From Zygophlyctis sp. KS116 (taxonomy: Eukaryota > Fungi > Chytridiomycota): a DNA stretch of 32,000 nucleotides. Numbering within the stretch: the stretch's first letter is position 1; the number at the start of each line of letters is the position of its first letter. Positions 29,917-32,000 of this stretch are shown here, in pieces. The notes under the pieces are model-generated. The model did not search any database. It had not been told where the DNA came from and saw nothing but the letters and a program-made list of their open reading frames with translations. The position numbers and the translations under genes are program-made. The DNA lies in NCBI GenBank assembly GCA_054661495.1, contig BAAFSQ010000064.1, positions 1-32,000 on the forward strand, in the 5' to 3' direction.

Positions 29917-30920
29917 ATGAAAGGACTTGATCGTCATTATAGAATCTACTGGCAAAAGGGATCACTTAAATCCTGTGACTTTTCTCAATTAGACATAAAT
30001 GATCAACTTAAACTGATGAATGCAACCATCAAGAGTGAATGGAGTGGCCCAGCATCATATGATTTATTATTTATAAAGAAAGTATTACAGGATCTAGAGG
30101 GAAAAGAAATTTATGAAGACTGGTATACCCGATATACAGAAATAATGCATGCTGCAAGTGACAATGATCTGATTTACCGTCATTACTGTCTTCCTATTGC
30201 GTCTAAAAACGAACCATTCATCAAACCAGCTATAACTGTTGCTGAAAATGCTGAGAATATTTATCAAGGACAGACGGGATTAAGAACTTGGGGAGCTTCT
30301 TTAGAGGCTATAAATTATCTTTCTCAGAATTCCCAATTAGTAGAGGAAAAAGCTATAGGAGAGCTTGGTGCTGGATGTGGATTATTAGGACTATTCATTA
30401 AATTATTAGGGGCTAAACAAGTTGTCATGTCTGATGTTGAAGAGTTGATTGATCGTCTGAATATAAATGTATCTTTAAATAGGGAGAAATTGGGACATTT
30501 GGATATAGTAAAGCTTGATTGGGAGAATTTTCAAAGTCTTCCATGGCAATTTCAAAAGTAAGTGTACATTAAGTAATCCCTAGTTTAAATATTTTAGTTG
30601 CAGCAGACGTAATTTACGATCCAATTCTTATTCCACCTCTAGTAAGAGTTATCCGTATGTTTTTGACACAAAATGAAAAGAATTATTGTCTTTTATCTCA
30701 AACTATTCGCCAAGAATCTACAATCAATCTATTTAATCAACTTTGCAAAACTCAACACATCTGTATAGAATTGATTCATCAAAAGTTTCCTACCAATGAT
30801 CAATTTTTTGATTTTAGTGAATTGTTATCTCCTATTCAAATTTATAAATTGACTCATGGCTCCCAGCAAACAGAACCTAAACACACTACCATATCAGACT
30901 CAAAAGATAACTCTGGATAG
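29917..30920 (+). CDS. Seven-beta-strand lysine methyltransferase, EEF2KMT/FAM86/Efm3-like
   Basis: QGQTGLRTWGAS, ELGAGCGLLG, VVMSD, LDWE, then after a 26-nt intron ILVAADVIYDP. Confidence 0.82.
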
Positions 30921-31380
30921 TACTTTGAAATAAATTCTAGAGCTTCATTACAATCTTAACCTTTGTTGTTTTAAATTAGACATTGATCATTTCTAGTAGA
31001 TAGAAGCGTATCTTGTAAGTTTACAGATACGCAATTTTCTGTAAATGAGCACAGGTTTTTACAGATACTCTTCTCTCTTTCGAGAACATTTTAGCTGCCG
31101 CAAACTATTTAAATTTTAGTCTCATTGACTCTGCTCTTATCTGATTAAAACAAGGCCCGCATTCTTGTGTTTCACCATCCAATTCAACCGATTATTGAAA
31201 CTTTGTCGTTTTACAATCCTTTCTTCCAAGTTTGAAATATCTACAATATAAATTGTACTTTATGTACACTTTTTGACATACAGAGCATATCCAGTCAGCT
31301 TGAAAATTTCCATCAATCAGCAAAGAGTTCGTGGAGAGTTTCGTTAATTGTAACTATTGTCAAAAAATGGTCAGCACTCT

Positions 31381-32000
31381 AAAGAAAGTCTCATCAAAAT
31401 CTAATCCATAGATTTGAGTGAATCCCCTCGCGCAGAGCCTCGCTTTATAACGGTAAGCTCCTCGAGCCTGATTGGACTTTATCTTGAACGTCCATCTGCA
31501 ATCAAACAATTTTCTTCCAGTCGGTAACTTTACCAAATCTCACGAATGATTGTTTTCTTTGATTGCATCTCAGACTTTATCGCCTCGAGCCATTTATCAG
31601 AGTATTTTGACTCCATTGCTTGTTTGTAGGTTTCAGGCTCATTCGAAACCAATTACAATCGTCGTTTACTAAACTGTGGTAATCCAAAATGATCCTTCAC
31701 AGGCGGTACTTCAAATGGTATCCAGTCGTAGTATTTACTTCCGTCTGCACCATTTTCTTGAACTTCGGTTTCTGTCGTAACAGTTTGTTCGCCCGGCATT
31801 ACCTGTACATTCGATAATAATTCATCATTTTCATTGTTTGCCATTGATCCTTCAATTGGTGAATCAATCCTATCACCACTGTACGATATTTCACGATTTA
31901 TGCACCCACGGGGTTTCAGCACTAGATTGTGCCTCGCTACTTTGTACCTGGTTCGTAACTGATCGAGTTACAATTCGAGTGTCTCAATCAACTTGATCAT
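31381..32000 (-). mobile_element. Degenerate Ty1/copia retrotransposon pol fragment (start of the RT domain); continues beyond the window
   Basis: EPETYKQAM..KWLEAIKSEMQS, frameshift near 31560, N(HS*)DLVKLPTGRKLFDCRWTFKIK..RYKARLCARGFTQIYGLDFDETF. In-frame stops at 31540-31542 and 31653-31655. Confidence 0.9.

Noticed and set aside
1-30920. Fragmented ORFs read as pseudogenes, programmed frameshifts or stop-codon reassignment
   Set aside because: Almost every break is resolved by a short GT-AG intron, and TAA, TAG and TGA all serve as genuine terminal stops.

Overview
AT-rich, extremely compact eukaryotic genomic DNA. It is most consistent with a zoosporic (chytrid-type) fungus: it carries the intraflagellar transport gene IFT46 alongside fungal-type genes (TOK1-like K+ channel, Vsb1-like SulP transporter). 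About 23 intron-containing protein genes tile 1-30.9 kb with spacers of tens of bases, and some convergent CDS ends overlap. A degenerate Ty1/copia fragment follows at the right end. The ORF track is fragmented because the genes are split by roughly 60 ultra-short spliceosomal introns (mostly 22-33 nt), which I placed by hand to restore conserved protein frames. Main points of interest: (1) two paralogous MATA/SOX-type HMG-box genes, one fused to C2H2 fingers, a candidate sex/mating-type-like locus; (2) the tiny-intron system with relaxed 3' splice sites, including an apparent GT-TG intron and a 9-nt microexon; (3) one long intron, in HAS1, hiding a candidate poison exon whose stop codon is formed at the splice junction; (4) homologs of genes usually studied in animals (CDADC1-like, CIP2A-like, NAMPT); (5) an AACCC/GGGTT motif recurring in the tiny intergenic spacers. 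All gene identities come from recognising motifs, not from database searches.
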